DNA of 63,513 nucleotides from Thermoanaerobaculia bacterium (GTDB taxonomy: Bacteria; Acidobacteriota; Thermoanaerobaculia; UBA5066). The stretch's first letter is position 1; each line of letters begins with the position of its first letter. The notes under the pieces are model-generated. The model had not been told where the DNA came from. It ran no database searches and saw nothing but the letters and a program-made list of their open reading frames with translations. The translations under genes and the position numbers were made by a program. Location: assembly GCA_038245905.1 (NCBI GenBank), contig JBBRRY010000023.1, forward strand, positions 1 through 63,513, given 5' to 3'. This document shows positions 1-9,270 of the stretch, piece after piece.

Positions 1-296
1 AGGTACGGCGAGTCTCCCGCGACTCCATAGTCGTAGAGGCGGCAAACGTTGGGATGACTGATTCTCCGGTTCAGGCTGACCTCGCCCTTGAACCGGCGAA
101 GGACCGCTTCCCGCTCGTCAGGGTTGGACTGGGTCAGTACCTTGATCGCGATCACCTCGTTCAATTCGCGATCGAGCGCCTTGAATACATGCCCCATGCC
201 GCCGCTGCCGAGCGATCCAAGATATTCGTACCGCGGCAGCGACGCGAAAAAAACCGCGCGGAGGGTGTCGAGGCCGCGGGGAGGATGCTCAGGCAC
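1..296 (-). CDS. Hanks-type Ser/Thr protein kinase, N-terminal part (runs off window edge)
   Basis: Manual translation of the minus strand from GTG at 296 gives ...RYEYLGSLGSGGMGHVFKALDRELNEVIAIKVL...RRFKGEVSLNRRISHPNVCRLYDYG. This has the Gly-rich loop, the VAIK-type Lys, the helix-C Glu and HPN. It is not in the ORF track because the frame is open at the edge. Confidence 0.9.
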   Translation of the reverse strand, partial: MPEHPPRGLDTLRAVFFASLPRYEYLGSLGSGGMGHVFKALDRELNEVIAIKVLTQSNPDEREAVLRRFKGEVSLNRRISHPNVCRLYDYGVAGDSPY

Positions 297-314
297 CCGG
301 CGATTATCGGCGCT

Positions 315-758
315 TCAGCCGGCCGAAGCGGGCGGTGTGAGCGTGCCCTGGGCGGTCACGAGGACCTCCTGCCCGAGCAGCTCGGCGCAGTAACGCGCCA
401 GATCCTCGTTATTGAGATCGTCCCACCCGCCGCAGGTCCCGTGCTCCTTCTGCTCGACGTCGCAGGCGAGAGGAAGCTGGTTCACCGTCTGGCGCGCGAG
501 CTCCCACTGGTTGCCCAGCGCCTCGAGCTGCCAGCGGTTCACTCCCGGCCGGCGCTCCACGATGCCGGCAAAGTGCTTCTTGAGATCCTTGTCGTCGAGC
601 TTTCGGAACCCCTGGCAGAAGATGCCGCGATCGGTCGCGACCCGGCACATCGAGTGGTCCTCGTCCGTCAGCGTCATGAGGAACTCCCGGAGGGACCGGA
701 TCGCCCATGCCCTCGACACGACGCGCGGCGAAGGAGACTCGCTCAGAGACTCACTCAT
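315..758 (-). CDS. hypothetical protein (147 aa, 5 Cys)
   Basis: Protein-like composition; fits between the kinase and the M13 gene; TAGTAT -10 box 6 nt upstream of the ATG. Confidence 0.7.
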   Translation of the reverse strand: MSESLSESPSPRVVSRAWAIRSLREFLMTLTDEDHSMCRVATDRGIFCQGFRKLDDKDLKKHFAGIVERRPGVNRWQLEALGNQWELARQTVNQLPLACDVEQKEHGTCGGWDDLNNEDLARYCAELLGQEVLVTAQGTLTPPASAG

Positions 759-855
759 GGGGGAATACTAGACCCTTTGAATGCGGGGAGCTCGATAGTG
801 CAGGGGCATTAATCGACGCTTGCGGGAGGGGCCCGATCTTCCTATCGTCCTGTTC

Positions 856-2973
856 ATGACGCCCAGCATCCACCCTCTCCATGACTCCGCCCTCGCCCTC
901 TGCGCCGTCCTCGTCCTCGTTCCTTCGCTCGCGTGCTCCTCCGCCACCCCCGCCAAGGTGAGCGCCGCCTCCCAGGCAGCCGCCCCCTCCGGCCGGACCG
1001 GCCTCGACCTGGCCGGGATCGACCGGTCGGTCACGCCGGGAGACGACTTCTTCGGGTACGCGAACGGCGCCTGGATCAAGAGCACCGAGATTCCCGCCGA
1101 CCGCAGCTCATGGGGCATCAGCGGCGTCCTGGATGAGCTGACCTCCCGGCGGACGGCCGACCTCGTCGCGGGCGCGGCCGGGGCGCTCGCCCCCACCGGC
1201 TCGGACTCGCGAAAGATCGGCGACACCTATGTGAGCTTCATGGACGAGGCCGCCATCGAGGCGAAGGGAATCGAGCCCTTGAAGCCCGCTCTTTCCCGCA
1301 TCGCGGCGATCTCGGACGCCGCGGGGCTCGCGCGGGAGCTCGGCGCAACTCTGCGCGCCGACGTCGACGTCCTGAACAACACGAAGCTGCACACCGCAAA
1401 CCTGTTCGGGCTCTGGGTCGCGCAGGACCTGACCGATCCGAGCCGCTATTCCCCGTTTCTCCTGCAGGGCGGCCTCGGGATGCCCGACCGCGATTACTAC
1501 ACAGACCCATCGCCTCGCATGGCCGAGATCCGAACCCGGTACCAGGTGCATATCGGCGCCGTGTTGAGACTCGGAAGCCTCGCCGGAGCCGACGGCGATG
1601 CAAGGGCCGCACGGATCTTCGACCTGGAACGCCAGATCGCCCAGACGCACGCGAGCCACGTCGAAACGGAGGATGTGCGAAAGGGCGACAATCACTGGTC
1701 CCGGCGGGACTTCTCCGGCCGTGCGCCCGGCCTCGACTGGACGGCCTTCTTCCTCGCCGCCGGACTCGAGAAGCAGGACGACTTCGTCGTCTGGCAGCCA
1801 GGCGCGGTGACAGGCATCTCGGCGCTCGCGGCGAGTCAGCCGCTCGACACATGGAAGGACTATCTGGCGTTCCACGCCGTCGAGCGCGCTTCCACCTTCC
1901 TCCCCCGGGCGTTCGTCGACGAGCAGTTCGCCTTCTACGGGAAGGTCCTGTCGGGCACGCCGAAGCTCCGCGACCGGTGGAAACGGGGCGTGAGCGCCAC
2001 GGATGCCGCACTCGGCGAGGCGGTGGGCAGGCTGTACGTGGAGAAATATTTCCCGCCGTCGGAGAAGGCGCGAGCCGAGGCGATGGTGAAGAACGAACTG
2101 ACCGCATTTGCGCTTCGAATCGACCGGCTCGACTGGATGGCCCCCGAGACCAAGGCGAAGGCGAAGGCAAAGCTCGCCGCGCTCCGCGTCGGCGTCGGCT
2201 ATCCGGACACGTGGCGCGACTATTCCGCGCTGGAGGTCGTGAAGGGGGACGCGCTCGGCAACGCCGCGCGCGCCTCGCTGTTCGAATACCGCCGCAACCT
2301 GAAGAAGCTCGGCCAGGCGGTGGACCGCGGCGAGTGGGTTATGAATCCGCAGCTCGTCAACGCGGTCAACCTGCCGGCGATGAACGCGCTCAATTTCCCC
2401 GCGGCCATGCTGCAGCCTCCCTACTTCGATCCGTCCCGCCCGGCCGTCATGGACTACGGCGCGGCCGGCGCCGTGATCGGCCACGAGATCAGCCACAGCT
2501 TCGACGATCAGGGCGCCCTCTTCGACTCCGCGGGTCGGCTCGAGAACTGGTGGACGAAAGAGGACTTCGCCCACTTCGAGGCGTCCTCCGCCCAGCTCGT
2601 TCGCCAGTACGACCTCTATCGCCCGTTCCCCGACCTCGCGGTGAACGGAAGGCAGACGGTGAGCGAAAACATCGCGGACGTTGCGGGACTCGCGGCGGCC
2701 TACGACGCCTACCGCCTCTCGCTTAGCGGCAAGGAAGCGCCGCCCTTTCAGGGTTTTTCGGGCGACCAGCAGTTCTTCATCAGCTTCGCCCAGAGCTGGC
2801 GAGCGAAGTTCCGCGAGCCCGCGCTGCGCCAGCGCATCGTGACCGACGGCCACGCGCCGGCCGAGTACCGCGCCGATACCGTCCGCAATCTCGACGTCTG
2901 GTACGACACGTTCTCCGTCCGGCCGGGTCAGGCGCTCCATCTCACGCCGAAGGATCGCGTGCGCGTGTGGTGA
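856..2973 (+). CDS. M13 family zinc metalloendopeptidase (PepO/neprilysin-like), probable lipoprotein
   Basis: PGDDFFGYANGAW N-terminal motif, VNA, GHEISHSFDDQG (HExxH) and ENIAD; lipobox-like LAC; ATG at 856 chosen as start. Confidence 0.95.
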   Translation: MTPSIHPLHDSALALCAVLVLVPSLACSSATPAKVSAASQAAAPSGRTGLDLAGIDRSVTPGDDFFGYANGAWIKSTEIPADRSSWGISGVLDELTSRRTADLVAGAAGALAPTGSDSRKIGDTYVSFMDEAAIEAKGIEPLKPALSRIAAISDAAGLARELGATLRADVDVLNNTKLHTANLFGLWVAQDLTDPSRYSPFLLQGGLGMPDRDYYTDPSPRMAEIRTRYQVHIGAVLRLGSLAGADGDARAARIFDLERQIAQTHASHVETEDVRKGDNHWSRRDFSGRAPGLDWTAFFLAAGLEKQDDFVVWQPGAVTGISALAASQPLDTWKDYLAFHAVERASTFLPRAFVDEQFAFYGKVLSGTPKLRDRWKRGVSATDAALGEAVGRLYVEKYFPPSEKARAEAMVKNELTAFALRIDRLDWMAPETKAKAKAKLAALRVGVGYPDTWRDYSALEVVKGDALGNAARASLFEYRRNLKKLGQAVDRGEWVMNPQLVNAVNLPAMNALNFPAAMLQPPYFDPSRPAVMDYGAAGAVIGHEISHSFDDQGALFDSAGRLENWWTKEDFAHFEASSAQLVRQYDLYRPFPDLAVNGRQTVSENIADVAGLAAAYDAYRLSLSGKEAPPFQGFSGDQQFFISFAQSWRAKFREPALRQRIVTDGHAPAEYRADTVRNLDVWYDTFSVRPGQALHLTPKDRVRVW

Positions 2974-2997
2974 AGGCTTGAGGGCCACACCGGCGCA

Positions 2998-4314
2998 ATG
3001 AGCAGCTCTCATCCGAAATCCGCCACGGCCTCGTGGCGCGACGGGCGCGCCTTCACGCGCCTGCTGTTCGACCGCCTGATTCCCGGGGACGCCTGGCTCG
3101 AGAGGCCCATCCCGGTTCGCCATCCTTTCGCCTTCTACGAGGGCCATCTCGCCGCGTTCGGCGTGAACACGCTCGTGAAAAACGCGCTCGGCCGCCCCGG
3201 AGTGGACTCGCTCCTCGAGCGCCTCTTCGAGCGCGGCATCGATCCGGCGGCCGCGAGAGACGAACGGGCGCCCGCCTGGCCCGCGCGGGAATGCGTGGAT
3301 GCTTACGTGCGCGCCGCGGACGAGGCTCTCGAGTCGGCGTTCGAGGCCGTCGCCCGCGACGCGCCCCCGAGCCCGCTCTTGGAACGCAACGAGGCTGTCT
3401 TCACGGTCCTCGAGCACGAGCTCATGCACCAGGAGACGCTTCTCTACATGCTCCGGGAGCTGCCCGCCGAGCGGAAGCGCCGCCCGGGCGGTTTCTCTCC
3501 GCCCGAGGTCGGTGGAACGGCTCCGTTTCCGCGCTCGGTTCCGATCCCCGCCGGGCGGGCGACGCTCGGCGCGGACCGCGAGGCGGTCGCATTCGGATGG
3601 GACAACGAGTTCCCCCGGGCCGAACGCGACGTCCCCGCCTTTTCGATCGACGTCTTCCCCGTCACGAACGCGGATTTTCTGGAGTTCGTGAATGCGGGCG
3701 GCTATCGCGAGCCCTCGTTCTGGGGCGAGCAGGATTTCTCCTGGATCCGCGGTGAAGCGATCGCGCATCCGCATGCGTGGACGCGCCAGGAGGGCCGCTG
3801 GTGGTGCCATACGCAGTTCGAGGACGTGCCACTGCCTCCGGCCTGGCCCGTCTGGGTCTCGCAGGCGGAGGCCTCCGCGTACGCGCGCTCCCGCAACCGG
3901 AGCCTTCCGACGGAAGCCGAGTGGCACCGCGCCGCGTTCGGGCGTCCCGACGGGGGTGAAAACGAGCTGCCATGGGGTGGCGGCGTCGCCGACCCGCTGC
4001 ACGGAAACTTCGGGATCGCGCGCTTCGACCCGCTGCCCGTCGACTCCTTCCCTTCGGGTGCGAGCGCCTTCGGCGTGCAGGACCTCGTCGGAAACGGTTG
4101 GGAATGGACCGCGTCGGCCTTCGAGCCCTTCCCCGGATTTCGCCCCATGGCGTCCTATCCTCTGTACTCGACGGACTTCTTCGACGGCGAACACGCCGTC
4201 CTGAAGGGGGCCTCTCCGGTCACGGCGCTTCCGCTCGTGAGACGCAGCTTCCGCAACTGGTTCAGGACGCGGTACCCCTACGTCTTCGCGAAGTTCCGCA
4301 CGGTCGAAAGGTGA
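2998..4314 (+). CDS. egtB: EgtB/OvoA-family non-heme iron sulfoxide synthase (DinB-like + FGE-sulfatase domain)
   Basis: FYEGH and EHELMHQE (HxxxHxE) iron-ligand motifs, FGWDNE, LPTEAEW, GNGWEWT, FRNWF; stop overlaps the egtD start. Confidence 0.85.
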   Translation: MSSSHPKSATASWRDGRAFTRLLFDRLIPGDAWLERPIPVRHPFAFYEGHLAAFGVNTLVKNALGRPGVDSLLERLFERGIDPAAARDERAPAWPARECVDAYVRAADEALESAFEAVARDAPPSPLLERNEAVFTVLEHELMHQETLLYMLRELPAERKRRPGGFSPPEVGGTAPFPRSVPIPAGRATLGADREAVAFGWDNEFPRAERDVPAFSIDVFPVTNADFLEFVNAGGYREPSFWGEQDFSWIRGEAIAHPHAWTRQEGRWWCHTQFEDVPLPPAWPVWVSQAEASAYARSRNRSLPTEAEWHRAAFGRPDGGENELPWGGGVADPLHGNFGIARFDPLPVDSFPSGASAFGVQDLVGNGWEWTASAFEPFPGFRPMASYPLYSTDFFDGEHAVLKGASPVTALPLVRRSFRNWFRTRYPYVFAKFRTVER

Positions 4315-5246
4315 GCTTCGCTTCCGAAGTGCGCCGCGGTCTCGGCACGAGGCCACGCCGGCTGCCGCCCCACTGGTTCTACGACGAATTGGGGTCGCGC
4401 CTTTTCGACGCGATCTGTCTGCTGCCGTGGTACCGCATCACGCGCGTGGAGCGGCGCCTCCTCGTCCGGGCCGCGCGCTCGATGTCCAAAGGCGAGGTTC
4501 GGCCCGCGCTCGTCGCCGAGCTGGGACCCGGAAACGGCGAGAAGCTCGCGCTGTTCCTCGCCGGCCTCGGCGGCTCCCGCCGCGTCCTGCTCGCGGACAT
4601 CTCGCTGGAAGCCCTCTCGGCGGCGACGGCGCGTCTCGCGAAGGCGGGCATCCTCGACGTCGCCACGCTTCGGGGTTCCTACGAGAAGGGACTCACGCGA
4701 ATCGCGCGAGAGCGACCGAGGCGCGGCGCCGCACTCGTCCTCTTCCTCGGGTCCAACGTTGGGAACTTCGAGCCGGCGCGGGTGTCGCGCTTTCTGAGGG
4801 ACGTGCGGTCGGCCCTTCGGCCGGGAGACGGTTTCCTTCTCGGGGCCGACCTCGTGAAGCCGGAGAAGGACCTCCTCCTCGCGTACGACGACCCGCTCGG
4901 CGTGACGGCGGCGTTCAACCGCAACGTGCTCGCGCGCATGAACCGCGAGCTGGGAGCGAACTTCGACCTCTCGTCCTTCGCCCATCGCGCCGTGTGGAAC
5001 GCGCGGGAAGGGCGCGTCGAAATGCATCTCGTGAGCCGGAGGGCCCAGCGCGTGCGCATTCCCCGGGCGGGCCTTCACGTGCCCTTCCGAAAAGGAGAGT
5101 CGATCTTCACGGAGGCGTCCTACAAATACGATTCTGGTGAGCTCCGCGCACGCGTGGAGGCGGAGGGGTTCGTCGTCCGGCGCCGCTTCGAAGACGGGGC
5201 CGCCGGTTACGCGCTCACGCTTTACGAGGCCGTCGAACGCGACTAG
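4311..5246 (+). CDS. egtD: L-histidine N-alpha-methyltransferase
   Basis: GTG overlaps the egtB stop (GTGA); motifs FYDELGSRLFDAIC, ELGPG, FLGSNVGN, AYDDPLGVTAAFNRN, RVEMHL, ESIFTEASYKY. Confidence 0.92.
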   Translation: MSFASEVRRGLGTRPRRLPPHWFYDELGSRLFDAICLLPWYRITRVERRLLVRAARSMSKGEVRPALVAELGPGNGEKLALFLAGLGGSRRVLLADISLEALSAATARLAKAGILDVATLRGSYEKGLTRIARERPRRGAALVLFLGSNVGNFEPARVSRFLRDVRSALRPGDGFLLGADLVKPEKDLLLAYDDPLGVTAAFNRNVLARMNRELGANFDLSSFAHRAVWNAREGRVEMHLVSRRAQRVRIPRAGLHVPFRKGESIFTEASYKYDSGELRARVEAEGFVVRRRFEDGAAGYALTLYEAVERD

Positions 5247-6058
5247 ACGGCGAGCTTGCGCAGCAACCCAAGCCCCGACAGGACCAGGAGGCCCGCCATC
5301 ACGACCATCATCCGCGCCGAGAGCGCAGGGACCGGCTGGGCGAAAAGGGGAAAAATTGGACCGGGGCCGCCGCCGCCGGGGCCACCACTGCATAGGACGA
5401 CGTTGTTGTTGTCCAGCGTCACGGCTCCATTTCGCGCCAAGACCCTTCCCGACACGCTGGCGCCGGTATTCAGGGTGATGCTGGTCAGCGCGACGATGTT
5501 TCCAAGAAGCGCCGTGCCCGTCCCGAGAGTCGCGGAGCTGCCGACCTGCCAGAACACGCCGCAATTCGACCCGCCGTTGATCAGGAGCACGGACGAGCCG
5601 CTCGCCGTGGTGAGCGTGCTGCCCATCTTGAACAGAAACACGGCGGCGGAATTGCCTTGGGCGTCGAGAGTGAGCGTTCCGGTCAACTGGGCCGACGTGG
5701 AGAAGCAATAAACGCCCGGCACCAGCGTCTTTCCCCCGAGGTCCTGGCCCGTCAAGTCCGTCGTGCACGGGGTACCCGCCAGGTTGTTGTAGGTGGTCGT
5801 GAGGTCGCTCTGCGCCTGAGCCGCGACCGTATCGGCGGCGTGAATCGTTCCACCGGTCACGATCCCCGGCGGAAATCCGGTGACCGCGCTACCCGGACTC
5901 ACGCCCAGGTTACCGGTGATCGTCGTGGGCGTGCTCGTGTTCGTCACCGTCGAGCCGCCCAGAACCGCAAAGGAGCTGAGCTGAGCCCACGCAGAGGAGG
6001 AGCCAGAAAGCAGCACGACAAATCCGAACGCAAAGGAACCTAGTTTCTTAGATCTCAT
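5243..6058 (-). CDS. DUF3494 ice-binding-family secreted protein with C-terminal IPTL-CTERM-like sorting signal
   Basis: Signal peptide; FAVLGGSTVTN, DLGGKTLVPGVYCF, TGTLTLDAQGN, VFWQVGSSATLG, GRVLARNGAVTLD; Gly/Pro linker, then VPALS + TM helix + RK tail. Confidence 0.9.
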   Translation of the reverse strand: MRSKKLGSFAFGFVVLLSGSSSAWAQLSSFAVLGGSTVTNTSTPTTITGNLGVSPGSAVTGFPPGIVTGGTIHAADTVAAQAQSDLTTTYNNLAGTPCTTDLTGQDLGGKTLVPGVYCFSTSAQLTGTLTLDAQGNSAAVFLFKMGSTLTTASGSSVLLINGGSNCGVFWQVGSSATLGTGTALLGNIVALTSITLNTGASVSGRVLARNGAVTLDNNNVVLCSGGPGGGGPGPIFPLFAQPVPALSARMMVVMAGLLVLSGLGLLRKLAV

Positions 6059-6196
6059 TCCGGACTCCTCTCCAAGAAATACACCCGTTCAGAACGACTC
6101 ATCGCGGGTCATATTATGGACCCGCGACGCGTGCGAGGAGGAAAGAGCCTCGCGCGCGAGGCGAGCGACTATTCTCATGAGAGGAGGTCGGATGAT

Positions 6197-8080
6197 TCAA
6201 CGGCCCGCGACGAGCGCGAGGACCGCGGCCCCGTAGGCTTCGAGCTTCGCCGGGCCGACGCCGGAAATATCCGCGAGCGCGGCGAGGCTGGAAGGCCGTT
6301 CCGCCGCGATGGCCTCGAGCGTCCGGTCGTGAAAGACGACGTAGGGCGGGACTTTCCGCCGTGACGCCTCCTCGCGCCGCCACGCCTTGAGCGCGTCGAG
6401 CAAGTCCGGGTCGGGTGGGGCCGTCGCCGCGTTCGCCGCGCGCGCCTTCGGCGTTCGCTTCTTCGGACCCTTCGGCGCCTTCGGCGAAGCCGGCGCAGGG
6501 AGCGGAATGATCACCTCGCCGGCCTTCCCGGCCATCACCGCACGTCCCTCAGGAGTGAGCGAGAGAGTCCGGTAGGCGTCGTCCGTGGCACGCAGGAGGC
6601 CGGCGCCGACGGCGCCGTCCAGGAATCCCTCCACCTTCTCTTTGCGCTCGCCCGCAAGGACGCCCGTCGTCGTCAGGCGCGCGAGGGACTCCGGCAGTCC
6701 TTCGACGTCGCCGAGAAGCATCGCCGCGATCTTCCGCTTCCCCCAGCGCTCACCGCCTCGCGCGACGCCCGAGAGGACCTTGCGCAGAAAGAGGACGTCC
6801 TCCGCGTCGAGCGGCGCCCGACGGGCGCAGCCGCCGCAGGAGCCGCACGGCTCCGCGACGTCCTCCTCGCCGAAATAGCGGAGGAGCCGCGCGCGCAGGC
6901 ACCCGCTCGCGTCGGCCCAGTCGATCATCCTTCGCAGCTTCCGGCGCTCCAGGTCGCGCCGCTTCTCGCGCTCCGCCGGGTCGGTCGGCTGGCGCCGCCT
7001 GCGGGGGTCCGCCTCGTCGTCGAGGTCGATCAGGAACTCGCGCGTCCTCACGTCGATGTAGTTCCAGAGGAGCGTCGCCTTCGCGGCGCGTCCGTCGCGC
7101 CCAGCGCGTCCCACCTCCTGGTAATAGGCCTCGAGCGAGCCGGGGAGCTCGTAGTGGACGACGGCCTCGACGTCGGGCCGGTCGATCCCCATCCCGAACG
7201 CGTTCGTGGCGCAGACGACCATGAGCGCCCCCGACGCGAACCCATCCTGCGCGCGCGACCGCTCAACGTCCGGCAGTCCCGCGTGGTACGCGGCCGCGGC
7301 CACGCCGGCGTCGGCGAGGACCGACGCGGCCCGCTCGGCGCTCTTGCGGGTGGCCGCGTAGACGAGCGCACGGCGGCCGCGGACGAGGTCCGGCAGCAGC
7401 TCCCGCTTCTCGAGGTCACCCGAGACGCGCCGCACTTCCAGATGGATGTTCGGCCGGTCGAAGCCCGCGACGAAGACGCGTGGGTGGACGAGACCGAGGA
7501 GAAGGGCGATGTCCTCCCGGACCTCGGGCGTCGCCGTGGCGGTGAAGGCCGCCATAGGAGGCCGGCCTTCGCCGCCGTCTCCCCCCCGGCAGCGCCGCGC
7601 CGCGTCCGCGAGGCGCCGGTAATCGGGGCGGAAGTCGTGCCCCCACTCCGAGACGCAGTGCGCCTCGTCCACCGCGAAGAGGCTCACGCGCAGCTCGGGC
7701 AGCAGCGTGTCGAACGAGTCCGACGCGAACCGCTCCGGGCTGACGTAGAGAAGGCGCAGCGTCCCCGCGCGCGCCGCCCGCACGGTCTCGCGCCTTTCGT
7801 CGAGCGACTGCAGCGAGTGGAGAGCTCCGGCCGCGATCCCTTTCCGGCCAAGCTCGTCCACCTGGTCCTTCATGAGCGCGATGAGAGGCGAGACGACGAG
7901 CGTCAATCCCGGCAGCAGCAGCGCGGGGAGCTGGTACCCGAGCGACTTTCCCGATCCCGTCGGCATGACCGCGAGGACGTCGCGCCCCGAAAGGACCGTC
8001 CGGACGAGCTCTTCCTGGCCCGCGCGGAAACCCGTGTGGCCGAAGTGCTGGCGGAGCGAAGCGGCGAGGTCGGCGTGCAC
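6197..8080 (-). CDS. recQ: ATP-dependent DNA helicase RecQ (helicase, Zn-binding, RQC and HRDC domains)
   Basis: MPTGSGKSLGYQ, DEAHCVSEWGHDFRPDY, TATAT, AFGMGID, QEVGRAGRDG, CGSCGGC, HRDC motif PPYVVFHD; GTG at 8080 is the probable start. Confidence 0.95.
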   Translation of the reverse strand: MHADLAASLRQHFGHTGFRAGQEELVRTVLSGRDVLAVMPTGSGKSLGYQLPALLLPGLTLVVSPLIALMKDQVDELGRKGIAAGALHSLQSLDERRETVRAARAGTLRLLYVSPERFASDSFDTLLPELRVSLFAVDEAHCVSEWGHDFRPDYRRLADAARRCRGGDGGEGRPPMAAFTATATPEVREDIALLLGLVHPRVFVAGFDRPNIHLEVRRVSGDLEKRELLPDLVRGRRALVYAATRKSAERAASVLADAGVAAAAYHAGLPDVERSRAQDGFASGALMVVCATNAFGMGIDRPDVEAVVHYELPGSLEAYYQEVGRAGRDGRAAKATLLWNYIDVRTREFLIDLDDEADPRRRRQPTDPAEREKRRDLERRKLRRMIDWADASGCLRARLLRYFGEEDVAEPCGSCGGCARRAPLDAEDVLFLRKVLSGVARGGERWGKRKIAAMLLGDVEGLPESLARLTTTGVLAGERKEKVEGFLDGAVGAGLLRATDDAYRTLSLTPEGRAVMAGKAGEVIIPLPAPASPKAPKGPKKRTPKARAANAATAPPDPDLLDALKAWRREEASRRKVPPYVVFHDRTLEAIAAERPSSLAALADISGVGPAKLEAYGAAVLALVAGR

Positions 8081-8211
8081 CGGGGGCGAGTGTAAGGGCC
8101 GCCCGGGCCCGAACCTCACGATGGCCGGTTCGTCCCGCGAAAGTAGCATCCGGGCGCGCTGCTTCTCCGGGTCAGAACTCTCGAGGCCGGTCTCGCGTAT
8201 CCCGGGCACTC

Positions 8212-9270
8212 ATGGAGGCCTTCATGCCCGCTTCGCGCGCGTCGTCCCGCTCGCTCGCCGCAACGCTCTCGGCCGCCCTGTCTCTTGCCGCAGCTCCGGC
8301 GATCGGACAGCCGCAGGCGCTCGCCGTCCCCGCGGACTCCGCGCGCTGGCAGCTGGACGGAAAAGCCGTCCCGGCCGAGTACCTGGGCCGGAAGTGCCTC
8401 CTCCTCGACGGCGGCGCGGCGACGGTGAAGGATTTCGAGATGCGCGACGGCGTCGTGGACGTGGACGTCGCGACTCCGGCGACCCGAGGGTTCTTCGGCA
8501 TCCAGTTCCGGATCGCGCACGACGGCGCCAACGCCGAATGGGTCTATCTCCGCCAGCATAAGTCCGGCGCTCCCGACGCCCTGCAGTACACGCCCGTCCT
8601 CAACACGGGGCTCAACTGGCAGCTCTACAACGGCCCGGGCTTCACCGGCGCCGTCGACATCCCGAAGGACGTCTGGTTCCACGTGCGCCTCGAGGTAACC
8701 GGCGCGCAGGCGAAGCTCTTCGTGAAGGACATGGAGAAGCCGGTGCTCGCCATGGACGATCTCAAGAGCGGCCTCCAGAAGGGCGAGGTCGCTCTCGCGG
8801 CCCTGACGGGCGCGACCTACTTTTCCAACTTCGAGGTCCGGACGACGCCGGATGCGCACTGGGAACGGCATCTGCCGCGGACGCCGCCCGGCCTCGTCGC
8901 CGTCAACCGTTACCGCGAGAGTCCACATCCGCGGGTCTCGTTCGCGAGCGACTTCTCGAAGCGCCTCGAGCCGCAGCCCGGAATCAAGGTCGTGTACGCG
9001 CGCACCGTGATCGAGTCCGGAAGCGATCAGGTGACGAAGCTCCTCGTCGGCTACAGTGACGACGTCAGCGTGTTCCTGAACGGCCGGATTCTCTTCCGCG
9101 GGCGAAGCGCCCAGAACTTCCGCGACCCCGGGTTCCTCGGCATCGTCAACCCGGAGAACGACGCCGTCTACCTTCCGCTGAAGAAGGGCCCGAACGAGCT
9201 GATCCTGGCGGTGAGCGAGCTCGGCGGCGGATGGGGATTCATCTGTCGGCTGGAGGATCCGGAGCCCTGA
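8212..9270 (+). CDS. secreted hypothetical protein (concanavalin/LamG-like beta-sandwich plus C-terminal beta domain)
   Basis: Signal peptide and coding-like codon usage; beta-rich segments WFHVRLEV and YSDDVSVFLNG...LKKGPNEL. Alternative ATG at 8224. Confidence 0.8.
   Translation: MEAFMPASRASSRSLAATLSAALSLAAAPAIGQPQALAVPADSARWQLDGKAVPAEYLGRKCLLLDGGAATVKDFEMRDGVVDVDVATPATRGFFGIQFRIAHDGANAEWVYLRQHKSGAPDALQYTPVLNTGLNWQLYNGPGFTGAVDIPKDVWFHVRLEVTGAQAKLFVKDMEKPVLAMDDLKSGLQKGEVALAALTGATYFSNFEVRTTPDAHWERHLPRTPPGLVAVNRYRESPHPRVSFASDFSKRLEPQPGIKVVYARTVIESGSDQVTKLLVGYSDDVSVFLNGRILFRGRSAQNFRDPGFLGIVNPENDAVYLPLKKGPNELILAVSELGGGWGFICRLEDPEP

Noticed and set aside
2998-4314. Selenoneine (senABC) cluster
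   Set aside because: There is no SenB glycosyltransferase or SelD homolog nearby; the only partner is EgtD.
1108-4356. Very long antisense and alternate-frame ORFs (also 16543-19050, 30646-33135, 47481-49967, 55530-57773, 59544-61412 and many shorter ones)
   Set aside because: They are shadow ORFs of high-GC genes: Arg/Gly/Ala-rich, with no recognisable motifs, and overlapping well-supported genes.
9239-9270. Convergent 3' overlaps (also 37445-37485, 5243-5246, 56412-56415)
   Set aside because: Short tail-to-tail overlaps are common in compact high-GC genomes, and nothing here suggests a special function.
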